Shown: positions 30,142-39,230 of the stretch, piece by piece
Layout of the letters: each line of letters begins with the position of its first letter
How positions within the stretch are numbered: the first letter of the stretch is position 1
DNA from: Candidatus Bathyarchaeota archaeon
Lineage (GTDB): Archaea > Thermoproteota > Bathyarchaeia > Bathyarchaeales > Bathycorpusculaceae
Direction of reading: 5' to 3'
Assembly: GCA_963826715.1 (NCBI GenBank)
Contig: CAWGYA010000008.1
Span: 704,001 to 768,000 of the forward strand
Length of the DNA: 64,000 bases
Translations under genes and position numbers: made by a program
Notes under the pieces: model-generated
What the model was told of the DNA's origin: nothing
The model's database searches: none
The model's input: the letters and a program-made list of their open reading frames with translations, nothing else

Positions 30142-30870
30142 ATGAAAATACTAAACGAGTTTGTGCCAACACGTAAATTTTTTAAGCTTGCAGAAGAACT
30201 CAAAGATCTCGTTGACGGATGGAACGTAACCGACAGTGCAGCAGGTTTCCCAGCGCCAAGTGGTGTAGTCGTTAGTTGCTTACTCAAAAACAAGTACCCT
30301 GACAAATACGTTTGCCCAATCTTCATTTTACACTATAAAGGCCCAGTTGAAGTGGGAGGCTTAGCACTCGCATCCGACATCGTCGGCTTAGACGGATTAG
30401 CAGTAACCATGGGCGACAAGCCACATTATGGCGAAGCAATCAAGGCACCTCTTTCATCATCAGAGGTTGCACGTGACTTCATTCGCAACGACGTTAAAAC
30501 CAAAAACCTGAAACTCGGTTGTCTCCTAACTGCAAGACGCTCAATCGAAGAAACTCTCGAGCGTGTCCGTCAATCATGGGATTTCGTATACTTCATGCGC
30601 TTAAATGATGACTCATTCGACGCCCTCAAAGCAGTATCTGCAGAATGCAAGAAGCTCAACAAGCCACTTTTCGCATATTTCCTCGTTGGAACAGAAAAAA
30701 ACAAAGAAATTGTGAAGATAATCGGTTGGCCAGTAACAGCCACAATGGAAACTGTTGAAGAGAAAGCAGAAAAATGCGTCGGTCTAGTTGACGGTATCAT
30801 CGCAACATGTGCTGGTGACGCCGAAGGCGACAAATTGATGCTGCAGAAACTTCAGAAGTTCAGAAGTTAA
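30142..30870 (+). CDS. divergent methylenetetrahydrofolate reductase (MetF)-like flavoprotein
   Basis: N-terminal EFVP, NVTDS and TMGDKP correspond to MetF EFFPP, xVTD and LRGDxP; other MetF motifs are not recognisable. Confidence 0.55.
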   Translation: MKILNEFVPTRKFFKLAEELKDLVDGWNVTDSAAGFPAPSGVVVSCLLKNKYPDKYVCPIFILHYKGPVEVGGLALASDIVGLDGLAVTMGDKPHYGEAIKAPLSSSEVARDFIRNDVKTKNLKLGCLLTARRSIEETLERVRQSWDFVYFMRLNDDSFDALKAVSAECKKLNKPLFAYFLVGTEKNKEIVKIIGWPVTATMETVEEKAEKCVGLVDGIIATCAGDAEGDKLMLQKLQKFRS

Positions 30871-30883
30871 AACCGAATCAACC

Positions 30884-30930
30884 GAGACCTCCAAGGTCTC
30901 CTCCCAAAATTTCAATTTTGTCTTTTTTAT
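30884..30930 (+). terminator. hairpin plus T-tract after the MetF-like gene
   Basis: GAGACCT-CCA-AGGTCTC perfect 7-bp inverted repeat followed by ttttgtcttttttat. Confidence 0.55.
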
Positions 30931-31309
30931 CTATTAACCAATAAGCTTTTTTGATCAGAAAAAACTTAGATGTTGGATTTTTTTCATGAAAAACAAGTTT
31001 TTTCCTTAACTCTATTACTGCTGAACAAGTTTAAACGATAAAAGTAACAGAATTCACTATTTCCTAATCAAAAAAGAAAGTTTTTTGAACCAACAATAAA
31101 CCAGATAATCCATGGGTCATTGTAAACGGATTACGTCGGAATTTCTTAGAGAATTCCTTTTTCTCCTTTTAAAACTCTAAAACTATACCTCAACTAATCA
31201 TTCAAAAAATTTTGTTGCGGGGGGTTAACCAAATATTTAAACACTCTCAGCTTGTAAAAAAAGATAAAATTTAAGTTTAGGTGCTTGGGCTTTCTGGTAG
31301 GAGAGGCAT

Positions 31310-32071
31310 ATTACGAACATTATCAACGTACTTCCGGTTGAAGGTTTACCATTGATACATGAAGGCGACAATTTAGGAAAAATTATCGTAGAAGCCACAG
31401 AAAAACAGAGAATCCCCATCCAACCTCATGATGTTGTAGTGGTTACGCATGTAGTGGTCTCCAAAGCTGAGGGAAATATCGTCAACCTTGACCAAGTCAA
31501 GCCTTCACCTCGAGCACTTGAAATTGCGAAGCAAACCAACAAAGACCCCGCTCTAGTTGAAGTTATTCTTCAGGAGACCCGCGAAATAGTCCGAATCGGG
31601 CAAAACAGCATCATAACCGAAACCACTAACGGCGTAATCTGTGCTAATGCAGGCATTGATCGCTCCAACGTATTCGGAGAACGCAACGTTGTGCCTCTAC
31701 CTAAAAATCCTAATCTCTCTGCCGAAAATATTCGCCAAGAAATCAAGCGTCTCTCAGGCAAAGATGTGGCTGTGATTATTTCAGACACACACGGCAGACC
31801 GTTTCGAATGGGCGAAATCAACATCGCTGTTGGTGTCGCTGGCTTTAAGCCAATTCGGGATAGACGCGGTGAGAAGGACCTTTTTGGTTATGTATTACGA
31901 ATAAAACAAACGGCTGTGGCGGATGAGTTGGCTTCAGCTGCAGAGCTAGTGATTGGACAAGCCAATGAAGGGATTCCAGTCGCCATAGTTCGAGGTTATG
32001 CTTACCTTGCAACCGAAGATTCCTCTGAAATCGTTCTTACACGCCCAAAAGAGAAAGATCTTTTTCGATAG
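31310..32071 (+). CDS. cofE: coenzyme F420-0:L-glutamate ligase
   Basis: GLPLIHEGD, VVSKAEG, CANAGIDRSN, DTHGRPFRMG, DLFG, ADELASAAEL, DLFR; conserved N-terminus extends to an in-frame ATT at 31310. Confidence 0.93.
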   Translation: MTNIINVLPVEGLPLIHEGDNLGKIIVEATEKQRIPIQPHDVVVVTHVVVSKAEGNIVNLDQVKPSPRALEIAKQTNKDPALVEVILQETREIVRIGQNSIITETTNGVICANAGIDRSNVFGERNVVPLPKNPNLSAENIRQEIKRLSGKDVAVIISDTHGRPFRMGEINIAVGVAGFKPIRDRRGEKDLFGYVLRIKQTAVADELASAAELVIGQANEGIPVAIVRGYAYLATEDSSEIVLTRPKEKDLFR

Positions 32072-32129
32072 AATCAGAAAGTTCAAAAACCCCGAGTTAC
32101 ACATTGCAGAAAGCCACGGATTGAAAAAA

Positions 32130-32465
32130 ATGGAAGCTAAAGTACAAACTCCACAGGAATTTTTTGAAAAAGTCTTACCTACTAGATTTAACCCAGAAAA
32201 AGCCAAGGGCATCAATGTTGTGGCTCAGATTAAAATTTCTGGCCCCGAGGGTGGCAGCTGGGTAATTACCGTAAAGGATAAAAAAATCGCGGTTGTGGAG
32301 GGTGAGGCTGAATCCCCAAATTTAACATTGAAGATGAGCCTAACGGATTTTATGGATATGGTCAATGGAAAACTTAGTGCGGAGAAGGCTTTTTTCACGG
32401 GAAGAGTCCAATTCAATGGCAACCTTGCTGTTGCTTTGAAGCTTCGAGAAGCAGGCTTCCTCTAG
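32130..32465 (+). CDS. SCP2 sterol/lipid-binding domain protein
   Basis: FNPEKAKG..GPEGGSW..PNLTL..G.LS..AFFTGRVQFNGN; ATG at 32130. Confidence 0.85.
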   Translation: MEAKVQTPQEFFEKVLPTRFNPEKAKGINVVAQIKISGPEGGSWVITVKDKKIAVVEGEAESPNLTLKMSLTDFMDMVNGKLSAEKAFFTGRVQFNGNLAVALKLREAGFL

Positions 32466-33609
32466 CTACTTGAAGGAGAATTTGATTAAATATGGCGTTA
32501 TAAACGCAGTAATCATTGTAGCGACGCCGATTATAGGTAATACAAAATCGCTTATCGCGCCTATGTCCTGTCCAGTTTTGGCAACAATGAAAGCGAACTC
32601 GCCTATCTGCGCCATACCAAGCCCAACCCTCAGCGAAGTCTTTTTGTCGTAGCCGAATACCCGAGTTCCAAAGCCACAGCTAGCCAATTTGGTCAGTAGG
32701 ACAGCCAAAGTTATGAGAACAGCCGGTATCCAGTAGGTGGATATCTGGGTGATATCCATCAGGGCCCCATGGAAACGAAAAAGATGGCTCCGAAAACGAT
32801 TTTGAAAGGATCTATTTGACGGTTAATTTCTTCTCTGCGGCGTGATCGGGCGACGACAACTCCAATTATGAAGGCGCCGATGGCTGCGGAGAAGCCGATT
32901 TGTGTTGCCATTATGGCGAAAGCAAAACATACTCCTAGCATCAAAATGTAGAGTAACTCCTGCTTTTCCACTTGGGCGAAGCGGTCAATTAGCTTAGGTA
33001 TCAAAAAACCGCCGACAACCAGGGTGCCGCCTATGAAAACAACTAGTTTAGTTACAAGCCACACGGTGGAAGTTATGGAAAAGGCTTGGGCGATAGCGAG
33101 GTTCTGGAGCATAGCAAGCAAAATCACCACAAACACATCCTCAACTACCAGTATTCCAAGCATTATGGTGGAGGATATCTCTTTGAGTCTCCCTGTGTCT
33201 CCCAGAACCTTGGCTATTATGGTTGTGCTGCTGCTTGCAAGGGCCGCCCCCAAAAAGAGGGTATTATAGAATCCCCAATTCAAAAAAGAGCCTAATGCCC
33301 AGCTTATAATAAGCATCAAGGCAATTTCGATTGCTGAAACTCCTATGACAACACTCCCATTGATTTGAGTTTGCGAATGGGGAATTCAAGACCAATGGTG
33401 AAAAGGAGCAGCACAACGCCGATTTCTGCGAAAACATTTATGAAATCGACGTTTCTGACAAGATTGAGCATATAGGGACCGATAAGGACACTTGCGATTA
33501 AATAGCCTATTATCAGAGGCTGTCGTAGCTTATGGAATATGAAGGCCACTATTGACGCAATTACCATCAAGACAGCAAGGTCACTTATAACTTGAATCTC
33601 AAAGCTCAT
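32466..33609 (-). pseudogene. CPA2 (KefB/NapA-like) cation:proton antiporter split by two 1-nt frameshifts
   Basis: Fragments 33343-33609, 32759-33319 and 32466-32759 carry QPLIIGYL, LLFTIGLEF, SSTTII, GILVVED, IGAFIIG, FFVSMG, QIGEFAF; joins at ATG GGA (n)GT GTT and ATG GGG (G)CC CTG ATG. Confidence 0.8.
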
Positions 33610-34024
33610 CTCATCTTTGATAATCTTTTTGAGTAATAAGGTTAAGCTTTATCTATCAATATTGTAACAGTTTTCAGGCAAATCGGCACCTGTATCTTCT
33701 TGAGTATTTTGGCTTGGAACTTGTTCTAACATATCGCTAATTTTAAATACACCTCCATTATACGGGTTTCACATTACCTGGTGTCCTATGAGTGCTGGTT
33801 GCTCTAAACGTCCACCACTATGATTTGCTAGAGATGAGTTCTTCAGCAGTAATTGAATCATCCCTAAAAGGCAACACAAGCAATCAAAAACTCGTTTCTC
33901 AAGCTAATTTTCTAAACATAAATCCTCCCGATTTTAAGCTATCTAAGATAAGTTTTATCCAACATTTTGAAGGAATTTAGCTGAATCCCCTTAAATATCC
34001 AAACACCTTGACAAGGAATAATTT

Positions 34025-35149
34025 ATGGAAAAAAATGATGCCGCCCGACTTGAATATAATGATGAAATGAAAGCCCATGGGGCTCTTTCTCTCTTAGATT
34101 GTGCAACCCCACGTGTACCTTCCATAACGCCGGAGCTTTTTTTTGAAAGCAAAATTGCCCGCGATCGTAGCAAGCCCCTAGATGAGCGTCTGGAGTGCTT
34201 TGAGATTATTTTTGACTCGGAAGTAGGAGATACTAGTCTCACTCGTGCACGTAACATAGAGCGGGAAGTTGGGCTCCGCCAGATTTACCTCAAATTCGAA
34301 GGAGGCAATCCTACCGGAACCCAAAAAGATCGTATCGCCTTCACCCAAGCCCTTGACGCTCTTCGTCGAGGCTACAGCGAAATTACAGTTGCTTCTTGTG
34401 GTAACTACGGTTCAGCCATCGCACTTGCGGCTTATCTATCTGGTTTGCACTGTCTGATCTACATTCCAGAGGGTTATCATGTTAACCGGGTCAAGGAAAT
34501 TAAAGAGTTGGGCGCCGAGTTGATTAAGGTCCCAGGCGATTACGAGGAAGCCGTGACGGTTTCTCGCCAGAAAGCCGATGAAAACGGTTATTATGACGCT
34601 AACTCAGGTGGATCCAATACCAACCTACAGTTTAAAACGTACGGCGAGATAGCCTACGAAATATATGATGAACTCCGAGACGCACCTGCAGCTGTGGCAG
34701 TACCCGCCTCTAATGGCTCCACTCTAGCCGGTATCTATCGCGGCTTTGTCAGCCTTTACAATCGAGGGAAAACCTCGCGCATACCCCGCATCATCGCTGG
34801 TTCATCTTACGGCATGAACCCAATCATAAACGCCTTCGTCAAAAATATGACTAATTGCTGTGACTTGAATCCAGATAAAATACGCAATACCTCCATTAAT
34901 GAGCCACTGATAAATTGGCGCTCCATTGATGGCGACTATGCTTTAGCTGCAATAAGGCAAAGTCATGGGTGGGCAGCTTACGCCACTGATAAAAGTATGC
35001 TGGATTATTCCCGTTTAATTCGAGATAAAGAAGGCTTAAATGTGCTTCCCGCATCCACTGCAGGACTAATTGCCCTACTTGATAGGCATAAAAAGGAAGC
35101 GTACCCCAGTGACCGTTACGTCGTCATTTTGACAGGACGAAAAGCATGA
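34025..35149 (+). CDS. threonine-synthase-like PLP-dependent enzyme (fold type II), paralogue 1
   Basis: LKFEGGNPTGTQKDR (PLP Lys), ASCGNYG, PASNGST, VVILTGR. Confidence 0.8.
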   Translation: MEKNDAARLEYNDEMKAHGALSLLDCATPRVPSITPELFFESKIARDRSKPLDERLECFEIIFDSEVGDTSLTRARNIEREVGLRQIYLKFEGGNPTGTQKDRIAFTQALDALRRGYSEITVASCGNYGSAIALAAYLSGLHCLIYIPEGYHVNRVKEIKELGAELIKVPGDYEEAVTVSRQKADENGYYDANSGGSNTNLQFKTYGEIAYEIYDELRDAPAAVAVPASNGSTLAGIYRGFVSLYNRGKTSRIPRIIAGSSYGMNPIINAFVKNMTNCCDLNPDKIRNTSINEPLINWRSIDGDYALAAIRQSHGWAAYATDKSMLDYSRLIRDKEGLNVLPASTAGLIALLDRHKKEAYPSDRYVVILTGRKA

Positions 35150-36210
35150 GCAATTTACAAGAAAAAGAAAAAGCAGTCGTGTACTGTGACAGAGAATACC
35201 TTAACGCAAACGGCAAAACAGCCCATGGCTTAGTCCGCTATACCACACGCTACCAAATAGTTGGCGTCGTTGATTCCACTGTGTCTTCGGTTGGTGATGC
35301 AGGGGAAATTCTAGACGGCAAACCCCGTGGTATCCCTATGTTTCAAAGTTTAGAGGAAGCCTGCAAAAAAACAAAACCAGAAACATTCATCGTCGGAGCA
35401 GTCTCCGAAGGCGGTATCTTGCCTGACGGTTATGATGAAGCGGTGGTTTATGCTTTAGAAAATCGGTTAAATGTGGTTTCAGGTCTGCATCAGTTTATTT
35501 CAGATAACCCATACTTCACCTCAATAGCCCAAAAAAACAACTGCAAAATTGTGGATGTCCGCAAAATGTTCCGCGACCACAAACGCTTCTATACAGGCGA
35601 AATCAGCGAGGTTGGCTCAACTCGTATAGCGGTTTTAGGTACCGACTCCGCCATTGGCAAACGCACAACTGCAGTGATGATAGTTAATGAACTGCGCAGA
35701 CGAAATCGCAAAGCCGACATGATATACACTGGACAGACAGGTTGGATGCAGGGTTGGCCGCATGGAGCCATCATTGACGCGATGATTAACGATTTTGTTT
35801 CAGGCGGAATCGAAGGCGCTATTCTTGATTCATGGCGAGATGCGCAACCTGAATTTATGCTAATAGAAGGACAAGGCAGTTTGCTGCACCCGTTTTTTCC
35901 AGGCGGTTTTGAAATCATGGCGGCAGGACAAGTCCACGGCTTCACCATGCAAGACGCACCCGGACGCCCCAGCCTCGATGGATTTCCAGATTATCCGATG
36001 CCTGAAACGCGACGTGTTGTCCAATTAGCTAAGCTTTTGTCAGGAAAACCCCTCATCGGCATAAGCCTCAACCATGAACATATGACACAAGAAGCAGTTA
36101 AAATTGCCAAATCTGCAATGAACAAAAAGTATCATGTGCCCGTGGAAGACCCCGTGTTTGATGGCGTAGCAAAACTTACCGATGCAGTTGAGAAACTCCG
36201 AGATGGGTGA
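35146..36210 (+). CDS. DUF1611 family protein (DgcN-like, D-Glu N-acetyltransferase family)
   Basis: GKTAHGLVRY, VVSGLH, VLGTDSAIGKRTT, TGQTG, DFVSGGIE, IEGQGSL. Confidence 0.82.
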   Translation: MSNLQEKEKAVVYCDREYLNANGKTAHGLVRYTTRYQIVGVVDSTVSSVGDAGEILDGKPRGIPMFQSLEEACKKTKPETFIVGAVSEGGILPDGYDEAVVYALENRLNVVSGLHQFISDNPYFTSIAQKNNCKIVDVRKMFRDHKRFYTGEISEVGSTRIAVLGTDSAIGKRTTAVMIVNELRRRNRKADMIYTGQTGWMQGWPHGAIIDAMINDFVSGGIEGAILDSWRDAQPEFMLIEGQGSLLHPFFPGGFEIMAAGQVHGFTMQDAPGRPSLDGFPDYPMPETRRVVQLAKLLSGKPLIGISLNHEHMTQEAVKIAKSAMNKKYHVPVEDPVFDGVAKLTDAVEKLRDG

Positions 36211-37654
36211 TAAAACGAATCTTTTATGCTTCACTAACATTGCAATCTCCGAGCCCCAGATTAACGGCAACTCCGTTAGCTCTCAAGTGGTCTGCGAAGA
36301 TTTGAGTGGTGACCAATCCAGTTTTAATCTAAAAGCAACGTACCCCGCCGTTCTGTCTGTGGATGATTTGCCTTTTCTGCGATTAGCCTCAACTATGCCA
36401 CTGCTCAACTATGGGTTATTCACAGATGAAATCCGCCTAAACTTTCCTGTAAGCCAATCGGATTACTCTTTGCTAAAAGACCTCTTAGATATTTTCAGCC
36501 GCGATATTTTCATCAACAAGTTGGCGCGGAAAAAAAACCCCTACATCCTACCCCAGTATACTCTAACCGAACAGGATGTAACTGAAGAGAACGCTAAGCC
36601 ACGGGCAAAAATAACCCCAAAAAAACTCACCGCAGACTTACCGCTATTAGTTGGGGGTGACTCAAACTCTTGCGGAGTGCTCTCCAGTGGTGGCAAAGAA
36701 AGTCTCCTGACATATGCCCTGCTGAAGGAAATCGGGGCCAAAGTCTACCCTCTCTACATCAACGAAAGTGGCGGACACTGGCGCACGGCGCTTGCAGCCT
36801 ACCGACACCACGCCAAAACTGAACCTAACACAGGGCGTGTCTGGCTTAACGTGGACCGCTTCTACACCTTTATGCTTGACCATTTACGTATAATTCGCTC
36901 TGACCACCGAAAAGTGTGGCTTGACACTTACCCCCTCAGACTCTGCATATTTCCAGTTTACGTCTTCTATCTCATGCCCGTTTTTGCCGCCAAAAAAATT
37001 GGTAACCTGCTCATTGGGAGCGAATTCGACGACCCTCGCCCCTCTACCATCTATTGTGGAATAAAACACTACTACGGCGTCTATGACCAAACTCAAGACT
37101 ACGATTTGCGCATGGAGCAATGGTTTCAAAAAAGAATGCCAACAATGAGGCAGTGGAGTGTGGTTCGCCCAGTTTCAGGTTTAATTGTAGAGCGTATCTT
37201 AACTCGGCGTTACCCCAAACTTGCCAGTTGTCAACGTAGCTGTCACAGCTGCCGTCTTCAAAGCGGAGACATCCTGCCATGTGGCGAATGTAGCAAATGC
37301 TTGGCCATCCAACTGTTTCTGAAAGCCAACGGCGTTGACCCCGCCCTCATTAGCTACACCAAAAAAGACGCCGCGCTTTTTCCCGTGCGATTTGCCAAGT
37401 GTGGGTTGCGACTTGATCAAGACGAAAAAGAACATGCTGCATATTTGGCAGGCGAAAATGGTATAGCAATAACTGGCAGAGAACATCCTCATGTCGAGTC
37501 AATTCATCTCTACAAGGAAACTGGCGATTTGCAGCTTGTTCCCGCACAGTTTCGTCAGAGTCTGCTTAACATAATCAAGCAATACACTAGCGGCTACACC
37601 ATGTTATCGGGTTACGATTGGGTTTCAGCTACTGAACTCCATCTATCGCCTTAA
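36203..37654 (+). CDS. PP-loop (adenine nucleotide alpha-hydrolase-like) protein with C-terminal Cys cluster, MurL/QueC-like; function unknown
   Basis: SSGGKESLL PP-loop; WSVVRPVS; SCHSC..PCGECSKC; overlaps the DUF1611 stop. Confidence 0.6.
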   Translation: MGDKTNLLCFTNIAISEPQINGNSVSSQVVCEDLSGDQSSFNLKATYPAVLSVDDLPFLRLASTMPLLNYGLFTDEIRLNFPVSQSDYSLLKDLLDIFSRDIFINKLARKKNPYILPQYTLTEQDVTEENAKPRAKITPKKLTADLPLLVGGDSNSCGVLSSGGKESLLTYALLKEIGAKVYPLYINESGGHWRTALAAYRHHAKTEPNTGRVWLNVDRFYTFMLDHLRIIRSDHRKVWLDTYPLRLCIFPVYVFYLMPVFAAKKIGNLLIGSEFDDPRPSTIYCGIKHYYGVYDQTQDYDLRMEQWFQKRMPTMRQWSVVRPVSGLIVERILTRRYPKLASCQRSCHSCRLQSGDILPCGECSKCLAIQLFLKANGVDPALISYTKKDAALFPVRFAKCGLRLDQDEKEHAAYLAGENGIAITGREHPHVESIHLYKETGDLQLVPAQFRQSLLNIIKQYTSGYTMLSGYDWVSATELHLSP

Positions 37655-38123
37655 TCATGCGGACAGCGTTACAGGTGCCATGATGCTCAAATCTGTAGAA
37701 GACCCCCAGCCGCTTTTTCTGTTTGTACCCTGCTTTCTGGTAAAGCTCAATAGCAGCTTCATTACCCTCCGAGACCTCCAACTGCGAAAACTTTAGCCCG
37801 TGACTCTTTATGTCTTCTTCTGCTGCCAACAGAAGCTTGAGCCCTATTCCCTGACTCTGAAAAGCTGGGTCAACATCCAAGGTTTCCAAATATCCTATCT
37901 GTGTGCCTCTTCGATAAAGAACAATAATGAATCCTATTACGCCATCCGAATTGCTTTCTACGATGCTTGTGCTGTTTGCTTTCAAGATTAGGTATTCAAG
38001 TTGTCGTTTAGAATACGCAGTGGCTCCATGGAAGCATTTTTTCTCAATCTCTGCTATGCCATCAACATCGTTGGAATTCGCTTTGCGGGTGAATGAGGGT
38101 TTATTCTTTTCCACAGGTTTCAA
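37629..38123 (-). CDS. GNAT acetyltransferase (RimI-like)
   Basis: LDVDPAFQSQGIG, LEVSEGNEAAIELYQKAGY. Confidence 0.88.
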   Translation of the reverse strand: MKPVEKNKPSFTRKANSNDVDGIAEIEKKCFHGATAYSKRQLEYLILKANSTSIVESNSDGVIGFIIVLYRRGTQIGYLETLDVDPAFQSQGIGLKLLLAAEEDIKSHGLKFSQLEVSEGNEAAIELYQKAGYKQKKRLGVFYRFEHHGTCNAVRMIKAIDGVQ

Positions 38124-38249
38124 CTATGAATACAACATTCAAGTATTCAAAAGGAAAAACATTTCGACTTGCCCAGTAAGTGTTGATTAGACGAATCTTT
38201 TATTTATGCGTTAATGATTGGATGGTTGGGTTATCCAGAAGGGAAATTG

Positions 38250-39197
38250 GTGAAGAAAGCAGTTAAAGATTATGAATTTACGGAGAAAATGACTGTAAAT
38301 GAGCTTGTCGAGCAGATGGGTGAGGCATGGGGGTTCACCGCGGGCAAACTATCTGTGGGTGTTGGCATCCTTGAAGACATGATTAAGAGTAAGGGATGCG
38401 TCAAGTTTCTCTCGTTTACTGCCGACATAATCGCCACTGGCACCCGAGGTGTCATCCGCGAACTCGTTAAACGCAAACTCGTGGACATAATCATAACCAC
38501 CTGTGGCACCCTAGACCATGACCTTGCAAGATGCCACAGAGACTACTACCACGGAAGCTTCGTCATGAACGACACTAAACTGCATCAGCAAGGCCTCAAC
38601 CGTCTCGGCAACGTGCTGGTGCCCAACGATAGTTACGGTGTCATCATCGAAAAGAAAATTCAAGCCATGCTTACCGACCTCTACACTGAAGGTAAACGCG
38701 AACTATCTACAACAGAGCTTTCTCGCGAAATCGGGTTACGATGTTGCAATGAAACTTCCATCCTCTATTGGGCAGCCAAAAACAATATCCCCCTCCATGT
38801 ACCCGGAATAACAGACGGCGCGGTCGGGTACCAACTATGGATATTTAGCCAAGACCATAAGGACTTTCGCGTAAACCTGCTCAAAGACGAGGGGCAACTA
38901 AGCGATCTAATGTTTGACACAAAAATAACAGGTGCTCTCATAGTCGGTGGTGGCATCAGCAAACACCATACGATTTGGTGGAACCAATTCAAAGACGGTT
39001 TAGACTACGTCGTCTACATTAGCACAGCGGACGAATGGGATGGCAGCCTCAGCGGCGCTCGACCACGCGAAGCGGTATCGTGGGGTAAAATCAGCGAAAA
39101 AGCCAAGTGCATCATGATAGAAGGCGATGCTACAATGGTGCTCCCAGTGATGACTAGCGCGTTAATAGATAGACTTAGCTCTCACCCAAAATACTAA
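38250..39197 (+). CDS. dys: deoxyhypusine synthase (canonical aIF5A-modifying type)
   Basis: GFTAG, TTCGTLDHD, NRLGN, PGITDG, GGGISKHH, DGSLSGARPREAVSWGK, GDAT. Confidence 0.92.
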   Translation: MKKAVKDYEFTEKMTVNELVEQMGEAWGFTAGKLSVGVGILEDMIKSKGCVKFLSFTADIIATGTRGVIRELVKRKLVDIIITTCGTLDHDLARCHRDYYHGSFVMNDTKLHQQGLNRLGNVLVPNDSYGVIIEKKIQAMLTDLYTEGKRELSTTELSREIGLRCCNETSILYWAAKNNIPLHVPGITDGAVGYQLWIFSQDHKDFRVNLLKDEGQLSDLMFDTKITGALIVGGGISKHHTIWWNQFKDGLDYVVYISTADEWDGSLSGARPREAVSWGKISEKAKCIMIEGDATMVLPVMTSALIDRLSSHPKY

Positions 39198-39230
39198 TAA
39201 TCACGCTTTAATACGATAAAACAAGGAATA

